From Gemmatimonadales bacterium (GTDB lineage Bacteria; Gemmatimonadota; Gemmatimonadetes; Palauibacterales; KS3-K002), in the NCBI GenBank assembly GCA_050053635.1, contig JASFTI010000001.1, positions 1 through 40,405 on the forward strand: a DNA stretch of 40,405 nt, in the 5' to 3' direction. The notes beneath the pieces are model-generated. The model ran no database searches, was not told the DNA's origin, and saw only the letters and a program-made list of their open reading frames with translations. Both the position numbers and the translations under genes were made by a program. Position 1 is the first letter of the stretch. The number at the start of each line of letters is the position of its first letter. Below are positions 1-9,030 of this stretch, one piece after another.

Positions 1-1
1 T

Positions 2-1045
2 GTGCTTCCCGTCGCCGGCGGCCCGAGCCGGCAGATCAGTACGGCGACCGGGCACGACTTTCCCTGGGGCTGGACGGCCGACAGCCGAGAGGTGCTGTTT
101 CAGACACAGCTGAACGGCTCCGATGTTATCCTCTCGGCGTCGGTGGAGAGTGGTGTGGCCAGGGAGTTTCCGCTTCCGGAAGGTGCCGAGCAGGTCGTGC
201 TGGGGCGTGACGGCCGGCATCTGCTCTATGGCCTTCCCGAGCCGGACCGAAAACCCTACCCGCTGATGATCTACGACATGAAAAGCGGTGCCACACGGGA
301 GCTGACGGGGAGCTTCCCGGATCGAGCGGCGCGCCAGGGTCCGAGGCTGGCGCTGGAGCTGACGGGCGCCGGTGGGTATGTGTTGAGGGATGGCAACGAC
401 TTCCTCTATTTCGAGGAGCGTGGCGATCGACTCGAGGTCAGGGCAACTCCACCGGCCGGGCCATCGCGGCTGCTGCGAGCGTTTCCCTTGGAGGGAACGG
501 TCAGCCCGCTGGCCGTGCACGGGGACTGGATCGCCTTCGTTCGGGAATCCCAAGGTCAATTCACCCTGTTCATCGCCCCGGCGGGAGAAGGCGAGCCGCG
601 GACGGTCCTCAGCCTGGAAGGCGGGCGACAGATGGGCACTCCGTTCTGGTCACACGACGGGCGCTGGATCGCCATGTGGCACGGTGAGCCCGAAGGCACC
701 CAGATGCGGCTGATGTTCGTGCCCATCAGTGCGACCGGTGAGCTCGCCGGCGAGCCTGTGGTCCGCGACGCCGGCGCCCGCTGGTGGTGGTACCCCCGCT
801 GGCTGCCGGGCGACCGCGGCGTGGTTCTGGTGGGGCTTACGGCGGACATGAGGGGCGACGTGTGGCTCGTGCCACTCGATCCCAGCGAGGACGCGGTGCC
901 GCTCACGCGTGATGACCCGGGATACATCTCGTGGTACGAGCTTTCTCCCGACGGCAAGTACATCGCCTATGCCAGCGAGATACCGCGTGGCAGCTCGATC
1001 TGGCGGGTCGATCTAGACGACATCCTGCAGCGTGCTGGTAAATAG
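2..1045 (+). CDS. TolB-like / PD40 beta-propeller repeat protein, C-terminal part (5' end lies outside the window)
   Basis: The frame is open from the window edge to TAG at 1043-1045. It contains PD40-type motifs (WSHDGRWIAMW; LSPDGKYIAYAS...GSSIWRVDL) typical of TolB-like periplasmic propellers. Confidence 0.6.
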   Translation: MLPVAGGPSRQISTATGHDFPWGWTADSREVLFQTQLNGSDVILSASVESGVAREFPLPEGAEQVVLGRDGRHLLYGLPEPDRKPYPLMIYDMKSGATRELTGSFPDRAARQGPRLALELTGAGGYVLRDGNDFLYFEERGDRLEVRATPPAGPSRLLRAFPLEGTVSPLAVHGDWIAFVRESQGQFTLFIAPAGEGEPRTVLSLEGGRQMGTPFWSHDGRWIAMWHGEPEGTQMRLMFVPISATGELAGEPVVRDAGARWWWYPRWLPGDRGVVLVGLTADMRGDVWLVPLDPSEDAVPLTRDDPGYISWYELSPDGKYIAYASEIPRGSSIWRVDLDDILQRAGK

Positions 1046-1114
1046 CACCTCGAGAGAGTCATGTCCCCAAGGTAAGAAGGAAAAAGGGAAATTTCTTGTT
1101 CGGAGCGAGTTGTC

Positions 1115-1375
1115 GTGCGCGGGATTCTCGTAGCCGTGCTCGTTGCGGTGTCCGTTGTAGCTGCCGAAGCTCAGAACGTGCCCGAGCAATCCGTGCCGAC
1201 GATCGAGCCACGCTTCACGAGGGTCTTCGGGGCCGATTCCATGGAGATCGCCTCGCCCACGATGTCGCCGGACGGCCGGTGGATCGCGTTCATCGCCTAC
1301 AGCAGTAGAAGAGTACGTGGCAGCTCGCTGTGGCTGGTAGACCTGAGCGAGGCTTTGGAGGTCGGCGGCATCTGA
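1115..1375 (+). CDS. 86-aa secreted mini-protein with a signal peptide and a single PD40 repeat; possibly a remnant of a TolB-like gene
   Basis: GTG start at 1115 with GGAG 9 nt upstream. The N-terminus MRGILVAVLVAVSVVAAEAQ looks like a signal peptide, followed by one MSPDGRWIAF...GSSLWLVDL repeat. An intrinsic terminator follows. Confidence 0.4.
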   Translation: MRGILVAVLVAVSVVAAEAQNVPEQSVPTIEPRFTRVFGADSMEIASPTMSPDGRWIAFIAYSSRRVRGSSLWLVDLSEALEVGGI

Positions 1376-1399
1376 AGCGACCGGAGGAAGCGAGCGTGG

Positions 1400-1443
1400 C
1401 CGGGGTGGCACTGCCGCAGGCGGTGCTACCCCGGTTGTCTTTT
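1400..1443 (+). terminator. Rho-independent terminator
   Basis: Stem CCGGGGTGGCAC (1400-1411) pairs with GTGCTACCCCGG (1423-1434) with one G.U pair, around an 11-nt loop. TTGTCTTTT follows. Confidence 0.6.
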
Positions 1444-1536
1444 CCCCTGGGCCAGAACCCTTTCTTGCGCGCTTGTGGCGGTGGCCTTTACTTGGAAGCG
1501 TAGGCCCTGGCCTGTCCAGCTGCCCAGGAGGTTGCC

Positions 1537-2001
1537 ATGCCCATCGAGGTCACCAGCCCCGCCTTCGAGGACGGCGGGTCCATCCCGGTTCGCCACACCT
1601 GTCAGGGTGAAGATGTTTCGCCGGCGATCGAGTGGGCGAACGTACCGGCCGAGGCGAGGAGCCTGGCGCTCATATGCGATGACCCGGACGCGCCCCGCGG
1701 GACCTGGGTCCACTGGGTCGTCTACGACATCCCGCCGGGATTCACAGCACTCAGCGAGTCGATACCGCCTCACGAAGTGACGCCCGAGGGGGCGAAGCAG
1801 GGGCTCAACGACTTCAACCGGCTGGGCTACGGGGGCCCGTGCCCGCCGCCGGGCGGCCCGCACCGCTACTTCTTCAAGCTGTACGCGCTGGACATCGAGC
1901 CGGGGCTGCCGGCAGGGGCGACGAAGGCGGATCTGCTCAGGGCGATCAAGGGTCACGTGCTGGACGAGGGCCAGCTGGTCGGGAAATACGAGCGCAGCTA
2001 G
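1537..2001 (+). CDS. YbhB/YbcL-family PEBP (Raf kinase inhibitor-like) protein
   Basis: AGGAGG lies upstream of the ATG. Family hallmarks are present: CDDPDAP, WVHWVVYDIP, GYGGPCPPPGGPHRYFFKLYALD. Confidence 0.85.
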   Translation: MPIEVTSPAFEDGGSIPVRHTCQGEDVSPAIEWANVPAEARSLALICDDPDAPRGTWVHWVVYDIPPGFTALSESIPPHEVTPEGAKQGLNDFNRLGYGGPCPPPGGPHRYFFKLYALDIEPGLPAGATKADLLRAIKGHVLDEGQLVGKYERS

Positions 2002-2540
2002 CCGCGGTCACTCAAAACCGACAGGTAGGCGCCCCAGGGCCCGACCTGGTCGGCGTAGCCCTTCGCCATGACGCGGGCGATCTGGGCGATGTGGCCCAGG
2101 TCGTGCACGGTCCAGGTGGCTAGCAGCTGTCGAAGCGTCACCCGACCCAGTTCGGGGTGAGTTCCCGACAAGTCCATCTGCTCCGGCTTCAGCTTCATGC
2201 CTTCCAGCGTCCGTAGGTTCTCTTCACGCAGTGCCTCGAAGGTGTCCAGCAATTCGGCCAGAGTCTTGCCGCGACTGTCCTGGAACTGGGCAAAACGGTC
2301 GAAGGGTGTGAAAGTCCGTAGATCGCCGTGCTCGAGGATGATTCGCAGGCGCGGGATCCAGTCGGTCCGCTCGCCGTGTATCAGGTGCCCGACGATGTCG
2401 TACGGGCTCCAGGTATCGGGCCCTTCATCGCACCTGATCCAGGGGTCGGAGAGGTCAGCCAGCAGCGCACGCAGCGTGGCCGGCGCGGCCCTGAGGATCT
2501 CTACGGTTCGATCGAGCTGGAAATCCATCTTTGTCGACAT
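1998..2540 (-). CDS. DinB-family (DinB_2) metal-dependent protein
   Basis: The 180-aa ORF has spaced His residues (IVGHLIHGE ... VHDLGHIAQI) typical of the DinB four-helix-bundle family. Confidence 0.8.
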   Translation of the reverse strand: MSTKMDFQLDRTVEILRAAPATLRALLADLSDPWIRCDEGPDTWSPYDIVGHLIHGERTDWIPRLRIILEHGDLRTFTPFDRFAQFQDSRGKTLAELLDTFEALREENLRTLEGMKLKPEQMDLSGTHPELGRVTLRQLLATWTVHDLGHIAQIARVMAKGYADQVGPWGAYLSVLSDRG

Positions 2541-2866
2541 CTCAAGAAACCTCCGTCGAGCACTCCGCCTGGTGTACGAGTCTCTAATATGTACGACTGG
2601 GCTGGGCGTCTGGTGTCAGACGGGGAACCGATCCGGCGCCCGTAACGTTCCAATCGGTGAGGAGGTCACCGACTGGACGGCCTGCAACCGTGGAGCGATT
2701 CGTAGCGTCCAACAAAGTAGAAGGGGCGCTGAAACCGGGCGGCCCGCAATGACGTAAGGCAAAAGAGGAAGAAACATATTAGAGGAGCTAAAATAGATTT
2801 CCTTCCTGTCCAGGTGGCACTGGACATTTATCCCACTCCAAACCCTACCACTAACTCCGCAAGGTG

Positions 2867-2901
2867 ATGGGGCCGGGTCGAACCGGCCCCATTTCGTTCT
2901 T
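2867..2901 (+). terminator. Intrinsic terminator hairpin, oriented for the + strand (T-tract on +); could also serve hslR
   Basis: A perfect 10-bp stem, ATGGGGCCGG (2867-2876) with CCGGCCCCAT (2883-2892), encloses the loop GTCGAA and is followed by TTCGTTCTT. No annotated + strand gene lies upstream. Confidence 0.5.
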
Positions 2902-2915
2902 GGCTCGTTAAGGTG

Positions 2916-3305
2916 TCACTTTGGCCGACGTTTCAACCGGTCGAGCTGTCGCCTCTCTTTCTTGGTGGGCCTGCCACCCTCACGGAACGAGTACTGGGGG
3001 GCAGCTTTCCGCTGTGCCTTGAGGCTCTCCCGCGTCTGAATGCTCTCGAGCGTTTCCTCGTAGAGGGTCGCCGCCTCACTCGCCGGGCCGCGCCGCTCCG
3101 AAAGTTTCTGAACGACGAGTTGATACTCGTAAGGCCCCCTGCGTATGCGGACCCGGTCGCCGACGTGCAGGTTAGAGGCGCGCTTGGCGCGCCGGCCGTT
3201 CACCTGCACTTTGCCGCCACTGATCGCCTTTGCGGCCAGCGAGCGTGTCTTGAAGAAGCGCGCAGCCCACAGCCACTTGTCCAGCCTCACGGCGTCCGCA
3301 GCCAT
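2916..3305 (-). CDS. hslR: Ribosome-associated heat-shock protein Hsp15 (S4-domain RNA-binding protein)
   Basis: VRLDKWLWAARFFKTRSLA...GGKVQVNG...RRGPASEAATLYEET closely follows the E. coli Hsp15 pattern as I recall it. The C-terminus is basic. Confidence 0.9.
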   Translation of the reverse strand: MAADAVRLDKWLWAARFFKTRSLAAKAISGGKVQVNGRRAKRASNLHVGDRVRIRRGPYEYQLVVQKLSERRGPASEAATLYEETLESIQTRESLKAQRKAAPQYSFREGGRPTKKERRQLDRLKRRPK

Positions 3306-3555
3306 ACCCCCTCCTCTGTATCATCGTCGCACGGCGTCCGCCGCTGCGCAACGCTTGGGGTCCGGGAGCGGGGGGGTCCCGGCGATCCCCAACCTTGCAT
3401 CGTTCAGCCCGCGAAACAGAAGGCTGTTGGGCGGGCCGACGCCTGGGTGCACGGTCCGAGCCTGCAGGCGCAGGTGCTGACGCCCCCTGAATCCTGAAAC
3501 CCGACGGGGCGGGCTGCGTTAGTGGGAGGAGATCCCACAACCCGGTGAGGCTGAT

Positions 3556-6500
3556 TTGAAACTCTCGGACACCGCAATTCGGCGGCCGGTGTTGGCCGCC
3601 ATGATGAGCCTGGCGCTGATCCTCTTCGGAGGGATCGGCTACTTCCGCTTGCCCGTGCGGGAGTTCCCGGACGTCGATGCCCCGATCGTCTCGGTGACGA
3701 CCGTCCTGCGAGGTGCCAACCCCCGGGTGATGGAGTCGACGGTCACCGACATCCTCGAGGAGGAGCTGAGCACGATTCCGGGCCTGCGCACGCTGACCAG
3801 CTCGAGCGCCGAGCAGGTGAGTACGATCACGCTGGAGTTCACCCTGGACCGTGACATCGAGGCGTCGGCCCAGGACGTGCGTGACAAGGTGTCGCGTGTA
3901 CGTGGCCGGCTCCCCCAGGAGATCGAGGAGCCGGTGGTCACCAAGCAGGACGCCGACGCCCAGCCTTTCTTCTGGCTGTCGCTCTCGGGTGAGAACTACG
4001 ACCTGCTGCAGCTTTCGGACATCGCCGATCGCGAGGTGAAGTCGCGGCTGCAGACGTTACCCGGTGTGGGTCGGGCCCAGGTCTTCGGCGAACGGCGCTA
4101 CTCGATGCGGATCTGGCTGGACCCGGCCGAATTGTCGGCCCGCGGACTGACCGTCCGGGACGTCGAGTCGGCGATCCGCAGCCGCAACGTCGAGATCCCG
4201 GCGGGTCGTATCGAGTCGGAGAGACGCGAGTTCACGGTCCGTTCGCTCGGCGAGCTCAAGACGCCGGATGAGTTCGCGAACTTGACCGTCGCCAACCAGG
4301 GCGGCCAGCTGGTGAAGCTGCGCGACCTGGCGCGTGTCGAGTTGGGGCCCGAGAACGAACGAAGCTCGCTGCGCTTCAAGGGCACGTCGGCCGTGGCGAT
4401 CGGTGTCATCCGGCAGTCGAAGGCGAACCTGATCGAGATATCGGACGCGATTCGCAACGAGCTGCCAGCGATCAATGCGGCGCTGCCACCCGGGCTGGAT
4501 CTCGAGACGGCCTTCGACTCGTCGGTCTTCGTGCGCCGCTCGATCCAGGAGGCACAGGAAACGCTGCTGATCGCGGCTTCTTTGGTCGTGCTGATCATCT
4601 TCGTTTCCCTGCGCAATCTGAAGGCGACGATCATCCCGGCGCTGGCGATCCCGACATCGATCGTGGCCGCGTTCGGGCTGCTGTACTTCCTCGGCTTCAC
4701 GATCAACAACCTGACGTTGCTGGCGCTGATCCTATCGATCGGCATCGTGGTGGACGACGCGATCATCGTGATGGAGAACGCTTACCGGCACCAGGAAGAG
4801 CTGGGCGAGGACCCGGAGACGGCGGCGATCAAGGGGACGCGAGAGATCGCCTTCGCGGTGATCGCCACCACGATCGCTCTGGTCGCGGTCTTCTCGCCGC
4901 TGGCGTTCCTCAGGGGCACCACCGGCCGGTTGTTCAACGAGTTCGGTATCGCGATGGCCGGCGCGGTGGTCATCTCCAGCTTCATCGCGCTGACGCTCAC
5001 AGCGATGGCCTCGGCCAAAATCCTACGGGTCCCCAAGAGTCATGGCCGTGTGTTCATGGCCTTCGAGAAAGGGTTCCTGGGTCTCTCGGAAGGGTACTCG
5101 CGCACTCTGGCCTGGGCGGTGAAGCACCGCCCGTGGGTGATCGGCGGCGCGGTCGCGACCGTACTGTTGGCGGTCGTCGTCTTCCGGGCGCTGGAGCGCG
5201 AGTTCGTACCGCCCGAGGACCGCGGTTTCTTCGTCGTCATCACGGTGGCGCCCGAAGGAGCGACGCTGGCGTACACGGATGGCTATCAACGTCAGATAGA
5301 GGCAGTCCTCGAGAGGACGGAGGACATCGAGGCCTACTTCAGCGTGGTGGGCTTCGGCGGTCGAGTGAACAGCGGCATCATATTCACGCGTCTGACCGAC
5401 TGGTCCGACCGCGATCGCTCGGTGCAGGAGATCATCGGTGAGATTCAGCCCCAGTTCTTCGCCATAGCGGGCGTCTTCGCGTTCGCCAACAATCCGCCGG
5501 CTTTCGGCTTCGCCAGCCCGGTCCAGTTCGTCATCCGGCATCCGGACTTCGATTCGCTGGCCGTCGGGATGGATCGGCTGGTGGCGCGCGCCAGAGCAAT
5601 ACCCGGCCTGATCAACGTCGACACCGACCTGCGAGTCAACAAACCCGAGCTTGCCGTAACCTACGACCGCGATCGGGCGGAGGACTTGGGAGTCGAGATC
5701 CGCGACGTTTCGTCCACTCTGCAGACGCTGTTGGGTGGTCGGCGCGTCAGCACATTTACCCGCGCCAACAAGCTCTACGATGTCATGGTCCAGCTCGAGC
5801 CGCAGGACCGCGCCACACCCGGGCAGATGGCGGAACTCTATGTGCGTGGCCGGGACGGCGCGCTGATCAAGCTGGACGCGGTGACCCGAGTCGACGAGGG
5901 CGTCGGCCCGCGCCAGCTCAACCACTTCAGTCGCGTTCGTTCGTTCACACTGTCGGGCAACCTGGCGCCTGGGTTCACCTTGGGTGCCGCCCTCGATTCG
6001 CTGAACGCTGCGGGTGCGGAGGTTCTGCCGCCGGGCAGCAGTGTGGCGCTGGCCGGCGAGTCGCGCGAGCTGGAGGAGAGCGGCAACGCGTTGTACTTCG
6101 CCTTCGCCCTGGCTCTGGTGGTCGTCTACATGGTGCTGGCGGCGCAGTTCGAGTCGCTGATCCACCCGTTCACCGTGCTGCTGTCGGTGCCGTTGGCCGT
6201 GACCGGTGCATTGCTGACGCTGTTGCTGGCCGGCTCGACGCTCAACCTCTACAGCCAGATCGGGATGATCCTGCTGATCGGCCTGGTGAGTAAGAACTCG
6301 ATCCTGTTGGTCGAGTACGCCAACCAGCTCAAGGCCAAGGGGATGGGGACGGTAGAAGCGATGCTCGAGTCGGGCCGTATCCGCCTGCGCCCGATTCTGA
6401 TGACGGCGACGGCGACCGTATTCGGCGCCATGCCCATCGCCCTGGGGTTGGGCGCCGGTTCCGCCAGCCGCCGGCCGCTGGGCTACGCCATCGTCGGTGG

Positions 6501-6621
6501 GCTGATCTTCTCATCGGTTCTGACCCTGTACCTCGTGCCCGTCGTGTACGTGCTCCTCGACTCGCTCAAGGAGCGCCTAGCGCGGCGCGCACCCAAGCTA
6601 GAGACGGTGGAAGCACGATGA
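3556..6621 (+). CDS. RND efflux transporter permease (AcrB/HAE-type, 12-TM)
   Basis: 1021 aa. The N-terminus xxSDTAIRRPVLA, the large periplasmic loops and the conserved TM4 region LALILSIGIVVDDAIIVMEN are all present. Confidence 0.9.
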   Translation: MKLSDTAIRRPVLAAMMSLALILFGGIGYFRLPVREFPDVDAPIVSVTTVLRGANPRVMESTVTDILEEELSTIPGLRTLTSSSAEQVSTITLEFTLDRDIEASAQDVRDKVSRVRGRLPQEIEEPVVTKQDADAQPFFWLSLSGENYDLLQLSDIADREVKSRLQTLPGVGRAQVFGERRYSMRIWLDPAELSARGLTVRDVESAIRSRNVEIPAGRIESERREFTVRSLGELKTPDEFANLTVANQGGQLVKLRDLARVELGPENERSSLRFKGTSAVAIGVIRQSKANLIEISDAIRNELPAINAALPPGLDLETAFDSSVFVRRSIQEAQETLLIAASLVVLIIFVSLRNLKATIIPALAIPTSIVAAFGLLYFLGFTINNLTLLALILSIGIVVDDAIIVMENAYRHQEELGEDPETAAIKGTREIAFAVIATTIALVAVFSPLAFLRGTTGRLFNEFGIAMAGAVVISSFIALTLTAMASAKILRVPKSHGRVFMAFEKGFLGLSEGYSRTLAWAVKHRPWVIGGAVATVLLAVVVFRALEREFVPPEDRGFFVVITVAPEGATLAYTDGYQRQIEAVLERTEDIEAYFSVVGFGGRVNSGIIFTRLTDWSDRDRSVQEIIGEIQPQFFAIAGVFAFANNPPAFGFASPVQFVIRHPDFDSLAVGMDRLVARARAIPGLINVDTDLRVNKPELAVTYDRDRAEDLGVEIRDVSSTLQTLLGGRRVSTFTRANKLYDVMVQLEPQDRATPGQMAELYVRGRDGALIKLDAVTRVDEGVGPRQLNHFSRVRSFTLSGNLAPGFTLGAALDSLNAAGAEVLPPGSSVALAGESRELEESGNALYFAFALALVVVYMVLAAQFESLIHPFTVLLSVPLAVTGALLTLLLAGSTLNLYSQIGMILLIGLVSKNSILLVEYANQLKAKGMGTVEAMLESGRIRLRPILMTATATVFGAMPIALGLGAGSASRRPLGYAIVGGLIFSSVLTLYLVPVVYVLLDSLKERLARRAPKLETVEAR

Positions 6622-7931
6622 TTCTGGCGCTGGTCGCGTTACTCCAGGTTGCCGCTGTAGATCCGGCAGGGCAGGCTACGCCTGCAGCCGAGCCCGACAC
6701 GATACTGCAGGTCACACTTGCAGAGGCGTTGCGCGCTGCGACGCGGCTCGACCCGAACTACGTGGCCGCGCTGGGCGAGATCGGGAACGCCAGTTGGGTG
6801 AGACGCTCGGCCTACGCCGCCTTCGTCCTGCCCTCCGTATCGATCTCCACGTCTTTGACGAAGGCGTCGGAGCCCTTCTTCAATCTCGGAACGGGCGGCC
6901 TGGCGGATCAGATCGTCGATGCTCGCGTCAGTGTGAACTACAACCTGTTCCGGGGTGGTGCGAAGGTCTTCGAGCTACAGCGAGCGCGCGCCGAAATGGC
7001 GAGCGCCGAGGCCAGCGAGGTGCAGGCGCGCTTCAATCTCGCGCTGCTCACGGAGGCGGACTTCTACAATGCGATCGCCGAGCGCGAGCTGGTGCGCGTG
7101 GCGAGCGAGCGGGTACGGCGAGCCGGCGAGCAGCTGGCGGTGGCTCGAGCGCGCGTAATCTCCGGGGCCGCGGTACGGACCGACTCGCTGCAGCTGTTGC
7201 TCGAGCTCACCCGCGCGAGTGTCGACCTGTTGCGTCAGCAGGCCAGCCTGCGGGTCGCGCAGGTTCAACTGGGTCGGCGGGTCGGGATAGCCGGTCCGGT
7301 CGGTGCAGTCTCGCTCGATACGCTGCCGGCGCCGGAGCTACCGGTCAGCGAGGACAGCGCGGTCGTGGAAGCGCTGGCTCAGGGGCCGGAATACCGCATC
7401 GCGCTGGCCGAGGAGCGGGCGGCGAACGCCGCGGCCAAGGCGGTCTACGGAGTGTACCTGCCGCAGGTCGATCTGTTCGCATCGTGGCAGGCGTTCGACG
7501 AGGGCTTCTTTCCCAATGCTACATCGCGAGCGGCCTGGGGCTTTCAGATCAGCCTGCCGATCTGGAACGACGGGCAGCGCGAGATCGCGCTCTCGCGAGC
7601 TAAGGCGGACCGCGATGTCGCTCGTGCGGTACGGCGCGACGTCGAGCTGGCCGTTCGCCGCGACGCGATAGAGGCGTATCAGGCGTACGTCACGGCGCGG
7701 GCCAGCGCCGAGCTGGCCAGGCAGGCGGTGATCGTGGCGCAGGAGAACCTGGACGTGCAGGAGAACCGTTACCGCGCCGGCGCTACGACCATCCTGGATC
7801 TGGTGACGGCCCAGGTCTCGCTGTCGGAGGCCGAGGCGGGCCTTGTGCAGGCGCGCTATTCGACTCGTCTGGCGCTGGCCGGACTGGAGGCGATCTTAGG
7901 GCGAAGGTTATTCACGAATAGAGGATACTGA
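6618..7931 (+). CDS. TolC-family outer-membrane efflux protein
   Basis: ATGA overlap with the RND gene. It has a signal-like N-terminus and two repeats of long Ala/Arg/Glu-rich coiled-coil segments, as in the OEP family. Confidence 0.8.
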   Translation: MILALVALLQVAAVDPAGQATPAAEPDTILQVTLAEALRAATRLDPNYVAALGEIGNASWVRRSAYAAFVLPSVSISTSLTKASEPFFNLGTGGLADQIVDARVSVNYNLFRGGAKVFELQRARAEMASAEASEVQARFNLALLTEADFYNAIAERELVRVASERVRRAGEQLAVARARVISGAAVRTDSLQLLLELTRASVDLLRQQASLRVAQVQLGRRVGIAGPVGAVSLDTLPAPELPVSEDSAVVEALAQGPEYRIALAEERAANAAAKAVYGVYLPQVDLFASWQAFDEGFFPNATSRAAWGFQISLPIWNDGQREIALSRAKADRDVARAVRRDVELAVRRDAIEAYQAYVTARASAELARQAVIVAQENLDVQENRYRAGATTILDLVTAQVSLSEAEAGLVQARYSTRLALAGLEAILGRRLFTNRGY

Positions 7932-7933
7932 CG

Positions 7934-8983
7934 GTGAGATCGATAGACCTGTGTGTGATCGCGGCGGCCGCGTTGGCAGCCTGCTCGAGTGCAGAGTCGA
8001 ACAGCGGCGGAGAGCCCGGAGCGAGCGGCCAACCGAGGGCCATACCGGTCGAAGTCGCGGTCGCGGGCCGTGACACGGTGGTGGACGCGATCGTCGCTAA
8101 CGGGCAAATCGAGGCGCTCCAGTCGATCGAGTTGCGGCCGGAGGTCGGTGGGCGGCTGGTGGAGATCTTCATGCGCGAGGGAACCGAGGTGGCGCGTGGA
8201 GCCCCGCTGTTCAAGATCGACGATGCGGAGTTGCGGGCCCAGGTCGCTCGCCTGGAAGCGGAGCGCGACCGGGCCCTCCAGGCTCTGGAGCGGACGCGAC
8301 GGCTGATCGAGCAGAACGCGTCGTCGGAGGCGGACCTCGAGGCGGCTGAGGCGAACGCCAGGAGCACCCAGGCGCAGCTCGATCTGCAGCAGGTGCGGCT
8401 CGATAGGACGGTGGTGCGCGCGCCGTTCTCGGGGCTGGTCGGCGCCCGGTCCGTGAGCTTGGGCGACTACGTCACCTCATCGACCCGACTGGTCAGCCTG
8501 CAGACCGTCGATCCGCAGCGCGCGGCCTTCCAGATACCCGAGCGCTACGCCCAGCGCCTAGAACTGGGCCAGGAGGTGACCTTCCGCGTAGCGGCCTTGC
8601 CTGATACCGAGTTCACCGGGATCGTCGACTTCGTCGACCCCGTCGTCGCGCTTCCCGCCCGCACGATCGCGGTGAAGGCGGAGGTCCCCAATCCCGACCG
8701 CGACCTCAAGGCCGGGATGTTCATCGAGGTACGCCTGGCCACCGACGTTCGACCCGACGCCGTCGTCGTCCCCGAAGACGCGATCCTGCCGCTCTCCGGT
8801 GCGGATTTCGTCTGGGCCGTCTCAGAGGGCACGGCCTCGCGTCGCCAGGTCGAGCTCGGCGTCAGGATCCCCGGGTTCGTCGAGATCCTCAACGGTGTCG
8901 ATGCCGGAGACCAGGTCGTCGTCGGTGGGTTGGAACGGCTCTCCGAGGGCGTGCCCGTGATGGTTACGGTCGTCGAGCGCTAG
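7934..8983 (+). CDS. RND periplasmic adaptor (membrane fusion protein, HlyD family), lipoprotein-like
   Basis: Lipobox-like AALAACSS. It has a coiled-coil hairpin (AELRAQVARLEAERDRA...) and the MFP motifs VRAPFSGLVG and GMFIEVRL. Confidence 0.85.
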   Translation: MRSIDLCVIAAAALAACSSAESNSGGEPGASGQPRAIPVEVAVAGRDTVVDAIVANGQIEALQSIELRPEVGGRLVEIFMREGTEVARGAPLFKIDDAELRAQVARLEAERDRALQALERTRRLIEQNASSEADLEAAEANARSTQAQLDLQQVRLDRTVVRAPFSGLVGARSVSLGDYVTSSTRLVSLQTVDPQRAAFQIPERYAQRLELGQEVTFRVAALPDTEFTGIVDFVDPVVALPARTIAVKAEVPNPDRDLKAGMFIEVRLATDVRPDAVVVPEDAILPLSGADFVWAVSEGTASRRQVELGVRIPGFVEILNGVDAGDQVVVGGLERLSEGVPVMVTVVER

Positions 8984-9030
8984 GCGCTGGTAGGAAGTGT
9001 GGCGGCTCTCCATCGTGGCCGTCAGGCGCG

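Noticed and set aside
2582..2783. 11-bp inverted repeat CTCTAATATGT (2582-2592) / ACATATTAGAG (2773-2783) about 180 bp apart, considered as MITE termini
   Set aside because: There are no flanking direct repeats and no second copy in the window. Both halves are AT-rich promoter-like sequence, so this is more likely promoter or operator sequence, or chance.
2863..2895. tRNA-like T-arm (GCCGG-GTCGAA-CCGGC) suggesting a tRNA or tRNA fragment
   Set aside because: The loop is 6 nt rather than 7. No matching acceptor 5' strand, D-arm or anticodon arm lies in the preceding 80 nt. The 10-bp stem plus T-tract fits an intrinsic terminator.
5023..6165. 380-aa minus-strand ORF inside the RND gene
   Set aside because: It is antisense to a strongly supported AcrB-type permease and has Arg/Asp/His-rich nonsense composition. 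It is a GC-driven shadow frame.
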